A stretch of DNA of 64,000 nt from Camelus dromedarius (GCF_036321535.1 NC_087447.1:50160001-50224000); one strand, 5' to 3'. Positions 25,326 through 38,030 are shown, counted from the stretch's first letter. Program-made: numbers and translations. The notes: generated by a model not told the origin, from the sequence alone.

Positions 25326-27848
25326 TCACCACCCACTCCTGAAGTGTGTGCTGTTGCCCTGCCTGCCAGGGCCACCCAGCTCTCAGTTCACATCCACGTT
25401 AACCAAACCCACCACTGCCCAGCCTGGTGTTGGGACCGGGGTACAAGACAGACCTGCAGGGCTCTGCCAGGGCAGTTTAGCCTCACACACAGACAAGGCC
25501 AAGAGGAGGCAGGCATTCCCAGAGAAGGACTAGAAGAATCTGAGCTGGGCATTGGAGAGCTAGAGGTGGCCTTTGTGCCAAGCTTTGAGGGACAGGGAGA
25601 GAGGACGACCCCTCAAGACCATCTGCTTTAGACTGTCTGTTATACAGAAGAGAACAGACATGCCCCACAGAGGGAGGCAGGGACAGGAGCAGAGCTGTGC
25701 CTGTAACCCGGGCCCTCACACCCCTTCTGGGATCCTGGCCTGTGCTCTACCCACGGCTTCCCACGGGTCCTTGATAACAGTTCAGAGGGGCAGCCAGGGA
25801 GTAGGAAGGTGGGGCAGAGAAAGGACTGACCATTGACACTGGGAGCAGCCTCAAGAGGGCCCAGTCCGAGTTTTCATATCCCAAAGGGGCTGACGGGGTG
25901 GAGGGGATGGCAGACACGGGCGCTACCCACACTCAAGTATTTGCTGAATGAATGAGTGAGTGAGTGGGGTCTCAGTGGGCAAAGTGAGGGCCAAAAGAAA
26001 GGCGACACAGGGAGATAAACATTTGTACCAGTGTCTGTAAGGACCCTCTCCCAGCCAGAGCATTCCCCCTTGAAGGCACTGTCCTGGGAGGAGTGAGCTC
26101 CCCATCAAGGGAGGCATGGAAGAGTCGCTCTGTGGAGGGCCCTTGGTCAGGACCGCAAGAGCCAGGGTTCCCTCCTGAGGGTCTGGTTTCTCTGGTCTTG
26201 AGATTCTTTCCACAGAGCTGCTGGGGACCAGAGCTGGTTCCCGTCAGGAGGAGGGAAGGGCTTGCAGGGTGGAGACCCAGCAGGCTGAAAGGTGACCCCC
26301 CTGAAGGTCCAGGGGAGCGGGGGGCCTGCTGAGACCTTGAGGCCTGCACACCCAACAGCCTCCTTGTCTGAAAAGCAGGCCAGGCTGCTGCCAGCTCACC
26401 GTGCGGCTTCCTGTAGGGCCCATCCCCTCTGTGCCCTCAGCTGTCCTGTCTGCCCTCAGGACTGTTCTGAGGCCAAAACAATTCCTATTCCCCCCTCCAC
26501 ACTTAGCAAGCTGAAAACGAGAAAAACACACAATTCAGCTTTGGAGTACAACTTCTTAGATATAAGAATCTCCCACCATAGTTGGGCGGTAGGAGGTGGC
26601 CCCCAGAACAGGCCGGTTCTCGTCCTTATCTTCCCCAGAGCCACCTCGTTCTTCACGTCCCTTCACCTCTCTGAACCTCGGTTTCATCTTCTGTAATATG
26701 AAAATATGACTATTTTACAAAATTAAAACAAACCAAAAAACATTCTTAAAAAATAAATGGCCCCCACTTGCTCCTGGAGATTTGAGGGCTGACCAGGTGC
26801 CTGGAAGACGCCCGCCCTGGGGCTGGCTCCCAAGGTCACCCCCTCTGCGGCCCAGGGCAGGGGCCAGCATCGGGAGCAGCCCCACCAAGTGCCGCTTCCT
26901 GAAGCTGCTCGCTTCTCTCACTTTGGCCCTGGGCCGGGAAGACATGGAAACTCTGAGGGCCTCAGACTCCATGTGTTTTATGGGCCCTAAGAACACAGCA
27001 GCCCCATAAAGTCACTTCAGGTGGCTTACAAGCCCTGAGACCAACCAGGTTCACTCTGAGCTCACCGGGGAGCAACTGGGCCCCAAAACCAAAGGAGTAG
27101 CTGCTGGGGCCAGTGGGACTAGACCACCAGGCTAAATCCCCTTGCCTGCCTCGCTGCTTCTGTGGTCTGACGGACACAGGGACTGGCTCTCAACCCAGCC
27201 AGGTCCGACTGAGAAGGTGCTGCAAGACTGCTCAGCTGTGCGCTGGGTGTTTGTCCCCAAAACCCAGGCTGAGCCCCCTGTGGCTCTCAGACACATGTAA
27301 TAGGAGACAGTTCCCTGCTCCTCTCCCGTGGGGGCCATGGTTAAAGACATAGCCTTTATGGTCAACCCCAGGTTTGATCCTGCTTCTGCCGGTGGCTCTG
27401 TGACCTTACACAAGGCACCAGCAAGCCAGCTCCCAATTTTCTCATCTCTTCAATGAGAATAATAAGAGCAGCTATTTCTACCTGACATGGTTGTTGTGGG
27501 GGTCAAACAAGATAAAGGTGCCCAACAAGAGTTACTATTTTGTCCCAGCTTTGCCCTCCAGGCAAGATGGCACCTACACTGACCACTGGGTGGGCACGCC
27601 CTGCCCTCACCATGGCGGCTTCTCTCTGGGGCTTTCCCCATTCCAGCTGATGGTCTTCTTGTTCCTGGATTGCCGAGGATCTTCCGACAGAAATCTCAGC
27701 TCTGGTGTCTTCCATCCACACCCAGCATCCCCTACCCCCTCAAACTCTCTAACCTGAATTTCAGGGCCCTCCTAGACCCGGCCCACGTAGGGCCCTCCAG
27801 TGCCCCCAGCCCTAAAGGACTCGACGTGCTTCACTCACACAGGTACAG

Positions 27849-28120
27849 CTACTACTACTACTACTAATATTAATAATAACAATAATAATAACTAACATTG
27901 ATGGAGGGCTCACTCCCCGTATATTACATGTGACATCTCGCTGAATTACATGAACCAACTCAAGTCATCCTCACAACCACCTTATATGGTAGGCACCAAA
28001 GTTATTCCACGTTACAGATGAGGACACTGAGGCACAGTGAGAGAGAAGGAACTCGCCCAAAGCTCACAGAACTAAGAGGTAACAGAGCTGTGCTTCGAGC
28101 TTGTGACATCTGGCTCGATA
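27849..28120 (-). mobile_element. MIR SINE with expanded (CTA)n/(TAA)n tail
   Basis: ctactactac...taataataac, then tcctcacaaccac...ttacagatgaggacactgaggcacag. Confidence 0.8.
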
Positions 28121-28274
28121 ACCCCCAGGTGACCATCCTTGGCACATGCTATGTGTTCATCCATGAGACACGAATGGGGACCGAGGGCACAGACAACAGG
28201 GGGATGAGGGGGTGATTCTCGAGCTGCCCTGTCGCCCTCAGTCTTATTCTCACCACAAAGGCATCCAGGTGAGG

Positions 28275-28430
28275 ATGGTGTTTCCCAGGACGAGCTCTCT
28301 GGACCACCTACCTGGACCAGAGTCTCCCGGTGCTTGTGAAAATGCAGAGTCCTTGGCCCCGCTCCTAATCTGGATTAGAATTTTGGGGGTTGAGCTTAAA
28401 GGCTGAGAAGAAATGCTAGACTAGAAAGTG
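28275..28430. mobile_element. MER5-like (hAT-Charlie)
   Basis: ggtgcttgtgaaaatgcagagtccttggccc...tagaattttgggggt. Confidence 0.6.
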
Positions 28431-28449
28431 CTGCCCAGGCACTGGGATC

Positions 28450-28620
28450 CATTCAAATCCTGAATCGAGGGCCCCTGGGAAAGTCATTGGGTTTCTCTGA
28501 ACCTCCATTATGCCATCTGTTAAAAGGGAGTGATAAAACTGACCGCAGGGATGGCTGTGAGGTTCAATGCAGTACGTATAATTGGCGTGTGGGACGGTGA
28601 ATTCCATGGCGTGCAAGTGA
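28450..28620 (+). mobile_element. MIR SINE
   Basis: ttcaaatcctg; tctctgaacctc; catctgttaaaaggg; ggctgtgaggtt. Confidence 0.7.
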
Positions 28621-30784
28621 AAAAAACTTAATTTTTTCACCACTGTTTCTCAAGCCTGCCCTGTCGGCTCTCCCTCTCCAGCTCTAAAAGGGATCTAGGG
28701 AGGACCCCAGCCTTCCTGCTCTAGGTTAAGCGTAAAGCAACAGTCTCATCTTCAGGTGGTAATGGGTGCACCCAATCTGACCTCAGTAGGTCACTGTCAC
28801 AACCAATTCAAAGTTCCTTCTCCCCCAGCTCAGGCCCATTTCGAGATTTAGCTGGGTAGACACAAAATGACAACAGTAGGGCTTACCTGGGGCTGCCGGA
28901 ACCTGGCATGGGGGTCCTCTCGTTGTGGCAATGCCCCAAATCTAGCCTTCTTGCTTTGGGATGTACTGTGGATTTTCCAGTACATCCCCCCAGCCTTGCC
29001 AAGAAACAGTTTGTTAACATGGGTGATGCCTCCTCTTTCAGCTGATGTCCCCCACTCTCTCCTCAACCTCAGACAGACACCTTCAGTTTGGGGCACCTGA
29101 GCCTGGCAGGCAGCAGACCCTTGGACGGGCCCTTGCTACATGATTCACATCCCACCCCACTCCAGAGCATCCACTTTGGCCCACAGGAATCTTGTTTCTT
29201 TGCCTGCAAACCCTGCAAGGCAGGGCTGACCCTGCAGCGCCCTCTCATCTCCCTCCAGCCTCAAGGCTTCAGACAGGGTTTTAGATGAGAATTAGACACA
29301 CAGCCTTCTGTTCTCAAACCCCAAGACTTGCACGAGGAGGGGACAATCCTTGCATACCAAGCCTGTCCTTCCAGCCCCTGCCTCATCTCGTCCTGGGCTG
29401 GAAGGGAGTGCCAAACACTCACATGGTAAGTTTGGGGCCATTCCTGTTTCTTGTCCTGCATAGATACCTTCGAATGTGGGGTGCTGGGCATCTACGGTAT
29501 GCAATCTGGGGCCTTGATACCTAACTCAAAGAAGGTGTCCATAAAGAATTCCAGGCCCTTCTCTTCCTAAAACAAGAGGAGCTGGGGATTCAAGGGAGGA
29601 AACAGAAGAGCAGAAAGCTGGGCTACACAAAGCATCAGGCAGAGCAGAGCTCCACAGGCTCCTGGAGACGCATGTAAAACCAGGGATTGGGAGGGATTCA
29701 TTTTTAATTAAAAAGCAATCGAGGCCCAGATATAAAGTATCATGACACTAATGGTCCAGGAAATCTGGAACCTTAAATCACAGCAATTTCTCCCTGGAGG
29801 GCAGGCCTGGGACCCCAGGATTAGATAGGGGGCTTGGCGTGTGCCAAGGCAGGAAATGCTGAAGGTGACTGCAGATTCCTCCCTGCTAAAGCATTCAGAT
29901 AAACAGCAGGGAGAGCTCCGGGGCCTCTGGGTCCAGTTGGGCGCCATCATCTCACAGATGGGGAAACGGAGGCCCAGAGAGAGGTAGGCCCAGCCCAGGT
30001 CACACAGAGAGCAGGAGCAAAGGCAGAACTGGAACCTGAGCCAGAGGCCCTCTCCCTGCACCAGCCTTGTGGTCACACCCCAGGATGGACGCTTTCCCAT
30101 GGTCCCCAGCCAGGATCCTCCAGTGGGGTCTGGGGTCTGGGATTCTGCCAGGGTCACTGAGCCCAGAGATTTTTTTGAGTTTCTGCAAAGCTCTTGGGTG
30201 GTGGTGGGGTTAACTTAGAGACTTCACAAATAGGGGGAGTCAGCTATCCCCCCAGGTCAGGGGCCACCTGCACTTACATCATCCAGCGTGGTCCTCACCA
30301 CCTGCCTGAATCGCCTTCCATCAGGGACTCACTGAATGACTAGGAAACCTTGCTAGCCTCCCTTTATTCTGCCTTGGTTTCACCATCTGTATGATGAGGT
30401 TACACTGGACCCTCTGTAGGGGCCCCTCAGTGCTGACAACCTGTGAGTCTACAAGTCTATTAGTCTGCCATTCCATCCCCCAAAGAGGGGTATTGTGAAG
30501 ACAGCAACCAGCAGGGTGGGGTGATGATGAATGAGGAGACAGGAAACATTTTAAGCTCCCAAGGAAAAACTGCAACACAGCCCCCAGCTGCGAGGATCCT
30601 TCATGCCCCTTAATTCTCTGGATTTCCCTCCTCTGGGCTGGCCTGAGCCAAAAGTCAGACACTTCATTCATTCATCCCACAAGGATTTATCGCTTCCCTG
30701 GAATGCTCTGTACTTCTACAAATCTTAAGATGTCTGAGAACATCTAGCTAAAGTGGGTGGGTCTCCCTGCTGCAGCTGAGTGAA

Positions 30785-31075
30785 AGGAGAGCTGCCAAGC
30801 AACCACTGACTTCTTTGGCCATATCAATAGAGACTGTGCCCAAATCCAGGGAGGTGATTTTCTCAGTCTACTCCATACTGACAAGATTCCTAGAGAGTGG
30901 TGACCAATATGGGAGTGGAACTTTGTGACCAGGGGCGGGGAGAGTTCTGGAACCCAGAACATAAGAATGGTGAGGTTTCTGGGCCAGGACAGCCTGGAGA
31001 AAAACAAACTCAGGGGACAAGGGTGCTACTTCCAAATGTGTACAAGGACGTTGGAGATAGATCGTCATATGTGTT
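30785..31075 (+). mobile_element. L3/CR1 LINE ORF2 3' relic (internally deleted)
   Basis: gctgccaa...tatcaatagag...tgcccaaatccagggaggtgat...tactcc and agcctggagaaaaacaaactcagggga...cttccaaat follow the CR1 consensus in order (recall). Confidence 0.7.
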
Positions 31076-32314
31076 TGGTAGAGCTAGAGAGCCAGAAGGC
31101 TTCAGGGATTTCTGGTTCAAGCTCTCCTCCCATTGCCTCCCCAGCTGATAAGTCCTAGTCCAGTGCACACGCCTCCTGTGCCAGGGAGTTTTCTCCCCGC
31201 CTGGCAGCTGCTTCCACAGTAAGAAGACTTTGGCTGATAGAAAGTTCTGCTTGTTGGTGGTGCCCGCACTGGTTAGCTCCACGCTGAGCTCTGCCAGTCA
31301 CTGGCCTGGGTGCTTTACCGACTTTCTTTTGTTTAATTCTCACAGCCCTGAGAAGTCAGAATTCTACAAACTCCAAGACTTAGACAAATCCAACAACCCT
31401 CAAAGTCCCACAGCTAGCAAGAACAGAGGTGGGATTCGATCCTGGGTCTCTAGTTTCAGTGCCGTTTACACCAGAAAGCAGTTTACACCTCTTTCCTGCT
31501 TCAGCCACACAGAACTTTGCATCCTCGTCCAAACCTGTGATGTTCTCCGTGAGTCACTACCTTTGCCTAGTGCTCCTCCTGCCAGGAATGCCCTCCCACC
31601 ACATTCATTTGAAAACATCTGTTCTCATGGTTACGTCTTTCTTCATCTCTGTTTTACACACACACACATCATCATTATCACCGCCATCATCGTCATCATC
31701 TACTATGTTTTATGACACATAGTAGCAGTTCGTGTTTATCTAATCAATACATCAATAATTCCAGTTCTCAACAAGACTCTCACCCACTGTGAAAAGTCTT
31801 CCCTGCCTCCTACCTCCAGGTGAGTGAGCTGGTTCTGGGCTCCCTCAGCCCCGCTCCCTGTTCCTCGCCCTCCCCATAATACACCAACAGGCCCCCATCA
31901 TCTCTCTTAACCCTGGCACTGGCCGAGGAGAGCCTCAGAAAGGAACGTGGAATATTAGACCCCTAATAAAGCTTACAGACGACCTTCTCCAACCCCTTAT
32001 TGTTCCAGAAAAGGAAACTGAAGCTCACGCAAGGCAGAGTTGGGAGGATGGGATGCCAAGCTCTAAGTCCTCATCCCATTGAATGTCCTGACCACAGAAA
32101 GGTGAAGAGGAGGCCTGTGGAGGCAGAGGGCCAGAGCTGGCCCCAAGCTCCCCGCAAGTCAGCCATTCCCGCAGCTCAGCTAAGAAGGCCTGCCTCTGGG
32201 GCCCTGGAGGGTGAGCTAGGGGTCAGGGGAGTAACTCAGGCTCCTGCCTCCCCACAGATGCCTTTCATTTTCCGGGCCAAGGGCCTGCTCCCACTGGCTG
32301 GAGGAAAGGTCCCC

Positions 32315-32328
32315 GGGGGGGGGGGGGG
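32315..32328. repeat. G14 homopolymer
   Basis: Read directly from the sequence. Confidence 0.9.
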
Positions 32329-33859
32329 TGCTGAGTGTGAGGCTGAGGTTCAAAGGCTGCCTGCAGCAGGCGCTGGGCCTCAGCTTCCGCCATAAATTTT
32401 CAGCCCCAAGAAGGTCCGGTCTTCTTGGATGAGGGTGGGATGGGGAGGGCAAGTTTTTCTGTGGTTGGTCCCACGGCCCTACAGAGTCAACAACTTGTTG
32501 AAAAGTCTGAGGGAGATAAAGTGTTTTTTCCATGCCAGTGCTGGGCTGGGGGAGTGCAGGGCCCACCCACAGGGACCCCATGTGGATGCATCTCAAGACA
32601 AGCTTGTCGCCTGAGCCCCGTCTGACCAGGCCCACCTCTGCCGCCCTCGGCTTCACAGCAGTGGCACTGGTACCTGGGACCGCAAGACCTACGCCAGAAA
32701 CTGTCGGAATCCCCGAGCACCAGATGCAGGACACCAAGTCCCACTTTTTGCAAAATGGGAAACTGAAAGGGAAAGGAAGTAACTGATCTCAAGCCAGTGG
32801 CTGAGCCGAGTCATGAAGGAGGCACCTGGTTCGTCATCCAGGACGACCTGTGCAGCTGAGCGGTCACCTGGGCCTGAGCTAGAGACCACAACAGAGTCAC
32901 AGCATCAGCGCTGCAGACAACACTCAAGATCAGCCAGCCTCCCCCAGTGCCACTTCTGTGCCAGGCCCGGACCTGCCCTGGGGCCAGTGGGGTGATCAGA
33001 TCTGCCCCTGCCCTCCCGAAGGCCATTTCCTGGCGAGACAGATGGGCCTGCCCTAGTGACCTCTTCAGGGTGCGCCCCAGACCCTGGGAATCTGGCCTCA
33101 GCCAGACCTGCCAGCCCTTACCTTCTCTAACCAGAAATTTGCTTCCTCAAGTCTTTGTTTAATGAGGGTCATTTTCTCCCAACCTGCACATCAGACTGAA
33201 AACAAAAACAAAACAATGATCCTGGCCTCTCCCTGCGCAGCCCCGGTGCTGCTTTCCCACCACGGAAGGAGCGGCCCCCACACTCATCTCCCCGCTGCCT
33301 TGCAGAACTCCCAGCGTGGGCTGGGCCTGGGGGCCAAGGTGCGGCGGGTCAGGCCTGCCTCACCACCGCGGGAGGGGCCCAGAGCATAGAGTCCATATAA
33401 ATTAATTTAATTGGGCCCTATTATCACTTTGCTTCAAGCCTGCAAGTCTAATCTAGCGCTGAAGTAATTCATTGAGTGTGAATGTTCTGGAGCCAAGACT
33501 TCCCTCTTCTCTCGGAACAAAACTCTCCATCCTTGGCCCAGGCCCCGGGCCACTGCAGCCTGGCTCAGCAGAGGGGCTGTGTGAGGAGCAGGGCGGGCAG
33601 GGGAGGCCTTAAAATGGCTCTTTGCTTTGGCTGCATCCCCTGACTTTCCCAGAATGAGGCCCCGGTGCACACCTCCAACACACAAACTCAGCCACACGGT
33701 CACACATCGGGGTGACACTGGGTCTTCACAAACCCCAAAGATGGCTGAAGACATCCCTGGAGACCTGGGTGAACCCTGAATTACTACAAGATGTTGCACA
33801 AGTCTTCTCTCCATTCCGTGCCTCAGTTTCCCATCCTGCCAAATTTCCTGGCTTCTCAC

Positions 33860-34037
33860 TTTAATAGCTATGTGACCTGAGGCAAGTTATTAAACCCCTC
33901 TGAGACTCAGTTTCCTCATCTGTGAAATTAAATAATGCTTATCTCATAGGGTTACTCGGGGGACTATGTGGGTTAACCTATGTAAAATGATCAGAACTCT
34001 GCCTGGCATACCATAAGCACTCCGTGAATGTTTGTTG
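33860..34037 (+). mobile_element. MIR SINE
   Basis: tagctatgtgacctgaggcaagtta...ctcagtttcctcatctgtgaaat...tatctcatagggtt...gcctggcata. Confidence 0.9.
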
Positions 34038-35504
34038 TGAGACTCAGATGGGATGGGGGCTGGGAGCCCTTCGTGCTACCATAATTGCTGAGGCCAAGGT
34101 ACACATCGTAATCATAATTTCAGAAAAGGAGAAGGGAGCTGGGTGGTGCGGTTCCCACGAAAGTTCTGTCCCAGGAGCAGGGCACCTGAGAGCTGAGAGA
34201 ATGTGACTCGCCCAGCATGGTGTTGTTATGATTAGATTTACATACTTGATGGTGCAATTATTCATACCCTGATGCCAAGCTCATTAAGAAATCAGGCACC
34301 ATGAACAGAACCCACTGGGTTGAGCCCCAATCTGAAGGAAAGACGTGGTTTGGGAGCCCCTGGTGGCCCTGGTCTGAGGGCAGAAGAGCACACTCATGCA
34401 TGAATGCAAGTGTGCACCCCACACAACCACCGGGGGGCCCAGCCCCTGCCAAGGACCCTGTCCAGAAGAGGCAAGGGACATGGGCCCTAAAGGGGGTGGA
34501 GCGATTGAGGATTTTCTGGTCTGCTTGCTCCTTCCCTCATCCTCCCTGAAATACCAACCAACCTTTGTAGGGCCCCCCTGCGCTCCAGGCCCTGGGCCTG
34601 TGGTAACCCCTGAGCCACACAGCATCCAGGAAAGCAGAGTTTATTTTTTAGCACTCCTCCTAGTATTAACACTGATTTAACAGAGAGAGAAATTGAGGGT
34701 TGGCAGATCTAACCAAAATCTCTCCCCAACAAAAATAACAAAATCAGAGGCTCCTACCCACTGATATTTGCTCCCTAATTCAGGAATTATATGAGATGTG
34801 GGTTGTGTTTGGGGGCAGTAACTAGGAAAAGTTGAGAGAACCTTGGGAGTCAGGAGATCTGGGTGCGTTCCTTTCCATCTCTGGATCTCAGTCTCCCCAT
34901 CAGAGCAATGGGGGTAACCATCCCTTCTCCACTAGGCCCTTATGCAGATGGGATGAGACCACTGATATAAACCTCCCCATGGGGCTTGGTGCACATTAGG
35001 TGCACACGAGACAAAGCAGCGTTGTCACCTTGTCCTGACAAGTCCCAGACTCTGGTAAGCAACCCTTGCCCCCTACATCTAGCCCTGGAAGAGAATCGCC
35101 ACACAGGTCTGGGAGGTGGGAAAACAGGCCCCCAGCCTCCTCACCCAGGATGGAACTGTCCTTGTTCTGTAGCCAATGGCCGTGCTGTGTGTGTCTTGAG
35201 GCTGGGAGGTGGGGGGCAGGGGGCAGGGGAGGATTCTCCTTCCTCTTACTCTCTTCCTCCAGCACCCAGGGCTCAGCAGAAGCCAGGCAGAAAGGTTCAC
35301 ACAAGATTCATCTAGACTCTGTGGCTGAGGCAGCTTTAACCTAACACACTTCTGACACGCCTCCAGGTGTAAACTTGAGGTGCCCAGGGCTGGGCTTGGG
35401 GGGCTTCCTCTCCACCCTCCTGGAGGGCTGCTAGTGTTCCGGGAAAAAGTGGCTCAAGTCAGGGACTCCCTCCCGGTTTCTACTCCTCCCCTCCATTCTG
35501 AACT

Positions 35505-35720
35505 CTCTTCCTCCAGTCTCGGTTCCTATAGTCTGCCACTTACTAACTGGATACCACTGTGCAAGTCAGTGCAGCTCTCTAAGCCTCAGTTTCTTCATCT
35601 TTAAAATGGGCTAATAAATCGTACCTCCTCACAGAGTTGTGAGAACTACCTGCAATGTACACAGAGTACAGGTAAAGCACTTAACAAGTACTTCCAGATG
35701 CCCGAAGAGTTAGGTGTTTT
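35505..35720 (+). mobile_element. MIR SINE
   Basis: tctgccacttacta...ctctctaagcctcagtttcttcatctttaaaatggg...agagttgtgag...gtaaagcactta. Confidence 0.88.
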
Positions 35721-36589
35721 GTTTTGTTTTGTATTCTTGTTTATCCTGTCTAACCCATGATCCTGGGAATGGCAGGGCCCAGTCCTGGAATCACTTGTCT
35801 TTCCTCTAAAACATATCACTTACATCACCTGCTGGCTCTCATCTGGGGTCCAGGCTGTGCCTCTAAAGGGTATGAGGGGGCAGAGATGAAATCAAGGGCC
35901 GAGTGAGGACAGTTCTCAGGCTGTGAAACACCAGCAGGAGGCTTGAGATCTCCTCCTCTCTCTTGTGTCCCCCAGGGGTGACTTCTGCAACTGCAATGTC
36001 CTTCTAAGCCCCAGATAAGGCCACCTGGAAGAAGGACCAACCTGGCTCCCCAAGGGTAAAGTCGGTGCCAAGGGCAGAAAGGAAGATTGGGAGCAGATAG
36101 ATAAGCTGAAGCCAAAAAGCCATGCAGTCACAGGGCAATCACAGAGGCAAATCTCGACACCTCTGTGAGCCTCAGTTTCTCCACGCGTCATGTATGGGTG
36201 ATGACATGTATACGTGCGGTGCTGAGCTGGCCAGGTCCCTCTTCAGGAGTGAAGTGCTGGGGACCGGCTCTGCCAAAGAGGACCCAAGCCCACTCCCACT
36301 TTCAGGGGAAGCCTTCATCAAGAACCAATCAACTTGTGGGAGGGAAGGCCCAGCCTCCCACCTCAGGTTGAGACAGCTCTGAGGCTCGCCCCAGTTCCAG
36401 AGCTCCCCATGGCCCAGGGGAGCCTTCCTGAGACGGTAGCACGGCCGCCTTCTCCCTCTGCCCGTCCTCCTTCCTCCCTTCCCTTCTACAGCTGGTGATT
36501 CCAAGGGCACTCCTACTAAACATGCATGCCAGTCTCCACTGCAGAGGCCGCTTCTCAGGGAAGCCAGGCTGTGACAGACACGAGAAATG

Positions 36590-36740
36590 CTTGTCCCGAT
36601 TTGTCGTTATTTACTGGATGTTCTTGTTTAACCTAAGTCTCTCACTAGACTCCAAGCTCCATGAGGGCAAGGACCATATTCACTCTTGTTCATCACTGTG
36701 TTTCTATGCCTGGTATGTAGTAGGTACTTAGTAAATATGA
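36590..36740 (+). mobile_element. L2 3' end
   Basis: cactagactccaagctccatgagggcaaggacc...tgcctggtatgtagtaggtacttagtaaata. Confidence 0.85.
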
Positions 36741-36769
36741 GCAGAGAGAAGGAAGGTAAGAAATGGGGA

Positions 36770-37550
36770 AATAAGATGGTCTTGACAGAAGGAGGGAGGG
36801 AGGGAGTCAGAGAGCACATAGGGGGACCTAACTAGATTCGGGAGGTCGGGTAAGACAGCTCCAGGAAAACGATGTTTAAACTGAGGGCTGATGGAGGGAG
36901 GAAGTGGCTGGCCAGCATGGATGCCGTGAGGTGCGGATAGAGCAAGCAGAAAAACATATTCCTCCAGACAAAGATAACAGCTCAGGCAGTGGCTCTGAGG
37001 CAGTTTGAGGAGCCAGAAGAAGGCCAGGCATAAAAGGCAGAGTGGGGCACAAGGCGAGGCTGGAAAGGTGGGCACAGCCAGACATGGACCCATAGAACAC
37101 GGCTTTAGCCTACAGGCAATGGGAGCCTGGAAGAGTTTTCAGCAGAGAGAGACGTGACCAGGTGTGCGTTTTGGAAAGATCCCGCTGCCACGTGGAGGAC
37201 GGATGAGAGAGACCAGTCAGGCAGCAGTCATGATCCTAGTAAGACCTGAATGATGAGGGTAGTGATGGTGGAGATGGAGAAAACCAGAAAGAGCAGAAAC
37301 GTATTGGGAGGTAGTATCCTCAGAGTTGACTGCCTGTTTGTTTAGGTGTTAGAGGCAAGTGGGAGGGAGAGAGGAGTCTGGAAAGATGCTGAGATTTGAG
37401 GGGCCATTTACTGACCTGGGTAAGCTGGAAGAGAAAGAGGTGGTGGTAATGATGCTCAAGTGTTCCAACTGGAGGAGCCTGGGAGGCACCCAAGGGGTGA
37501 AGTTCAGGCATCTGGGAAGGAAGTCCAGGCTGGGGACAGAACTATGGGGC
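36770..37550 (-). mobile_element. L2 fragment
   Basis: aggcaatgggagc...ttttcagcagagagagacgtgacc...ttttggaaagatc...ggagatggaga. Confidence 0.75.
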
Positions 37551-37979
37551 AGCCAGAAGATGGGCTGTGAGTCTTTGAGGGCAGGGACCCTGTGGGGGTC
37601 TGCTCTGCAGTCACAGTGCAGCCTAGGCCTGAGACAGCGACCCTGCTGGGTAAATGTCTGCTGGCTGGATGGATGGAAGGATGGGCTAATGGACAGATGT
37701 GTTACCCCCGGAGAACCCTGGGATCTCTTGGGCTGTGATGGCCACAGCCCAGCCCAGGCCTGAAAGTGGCCAGGATCCAGGATGCTGCTGTAGCCACCAC
37801 TCTTGCTGTGATGAGGCTGATGGAGAGAGAGATGGAAAGGAAAAGGAACAGGGCATGGTCAGGGCCCGCTTTGGACAGACAGTGCTCAGGCCCAGAGAGA
37901 GGCAGAGCCGGGTCTGGGCCTAACAGTTTTTCTACAAGCAGCCCCTCCATCTCTACAGGCACTTTCAGGAATACTGGCC

Positions 37980-38030
37980 AACAGTTATCTTACTGAAACA
38001 GTTATCTCCCTGAAACAGTTATCTCCCAGA
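37980..38030. repeat. 17-bp tandem triplication (aacagttatctYMcWga)
   Basis: Units at 37980-37996, 37997-38013 and 38014-38030. Confidence 0.92.

Noticed and set aside
32655..32870. Plus-strand peptides WDRKTYARNCRNP (kringle-like) and GGTWFVIQDDLC
   Set aside because: Kringle cysteine spacing is absent, the frames are discontinuous and there are no convincing splice sites; likely chance
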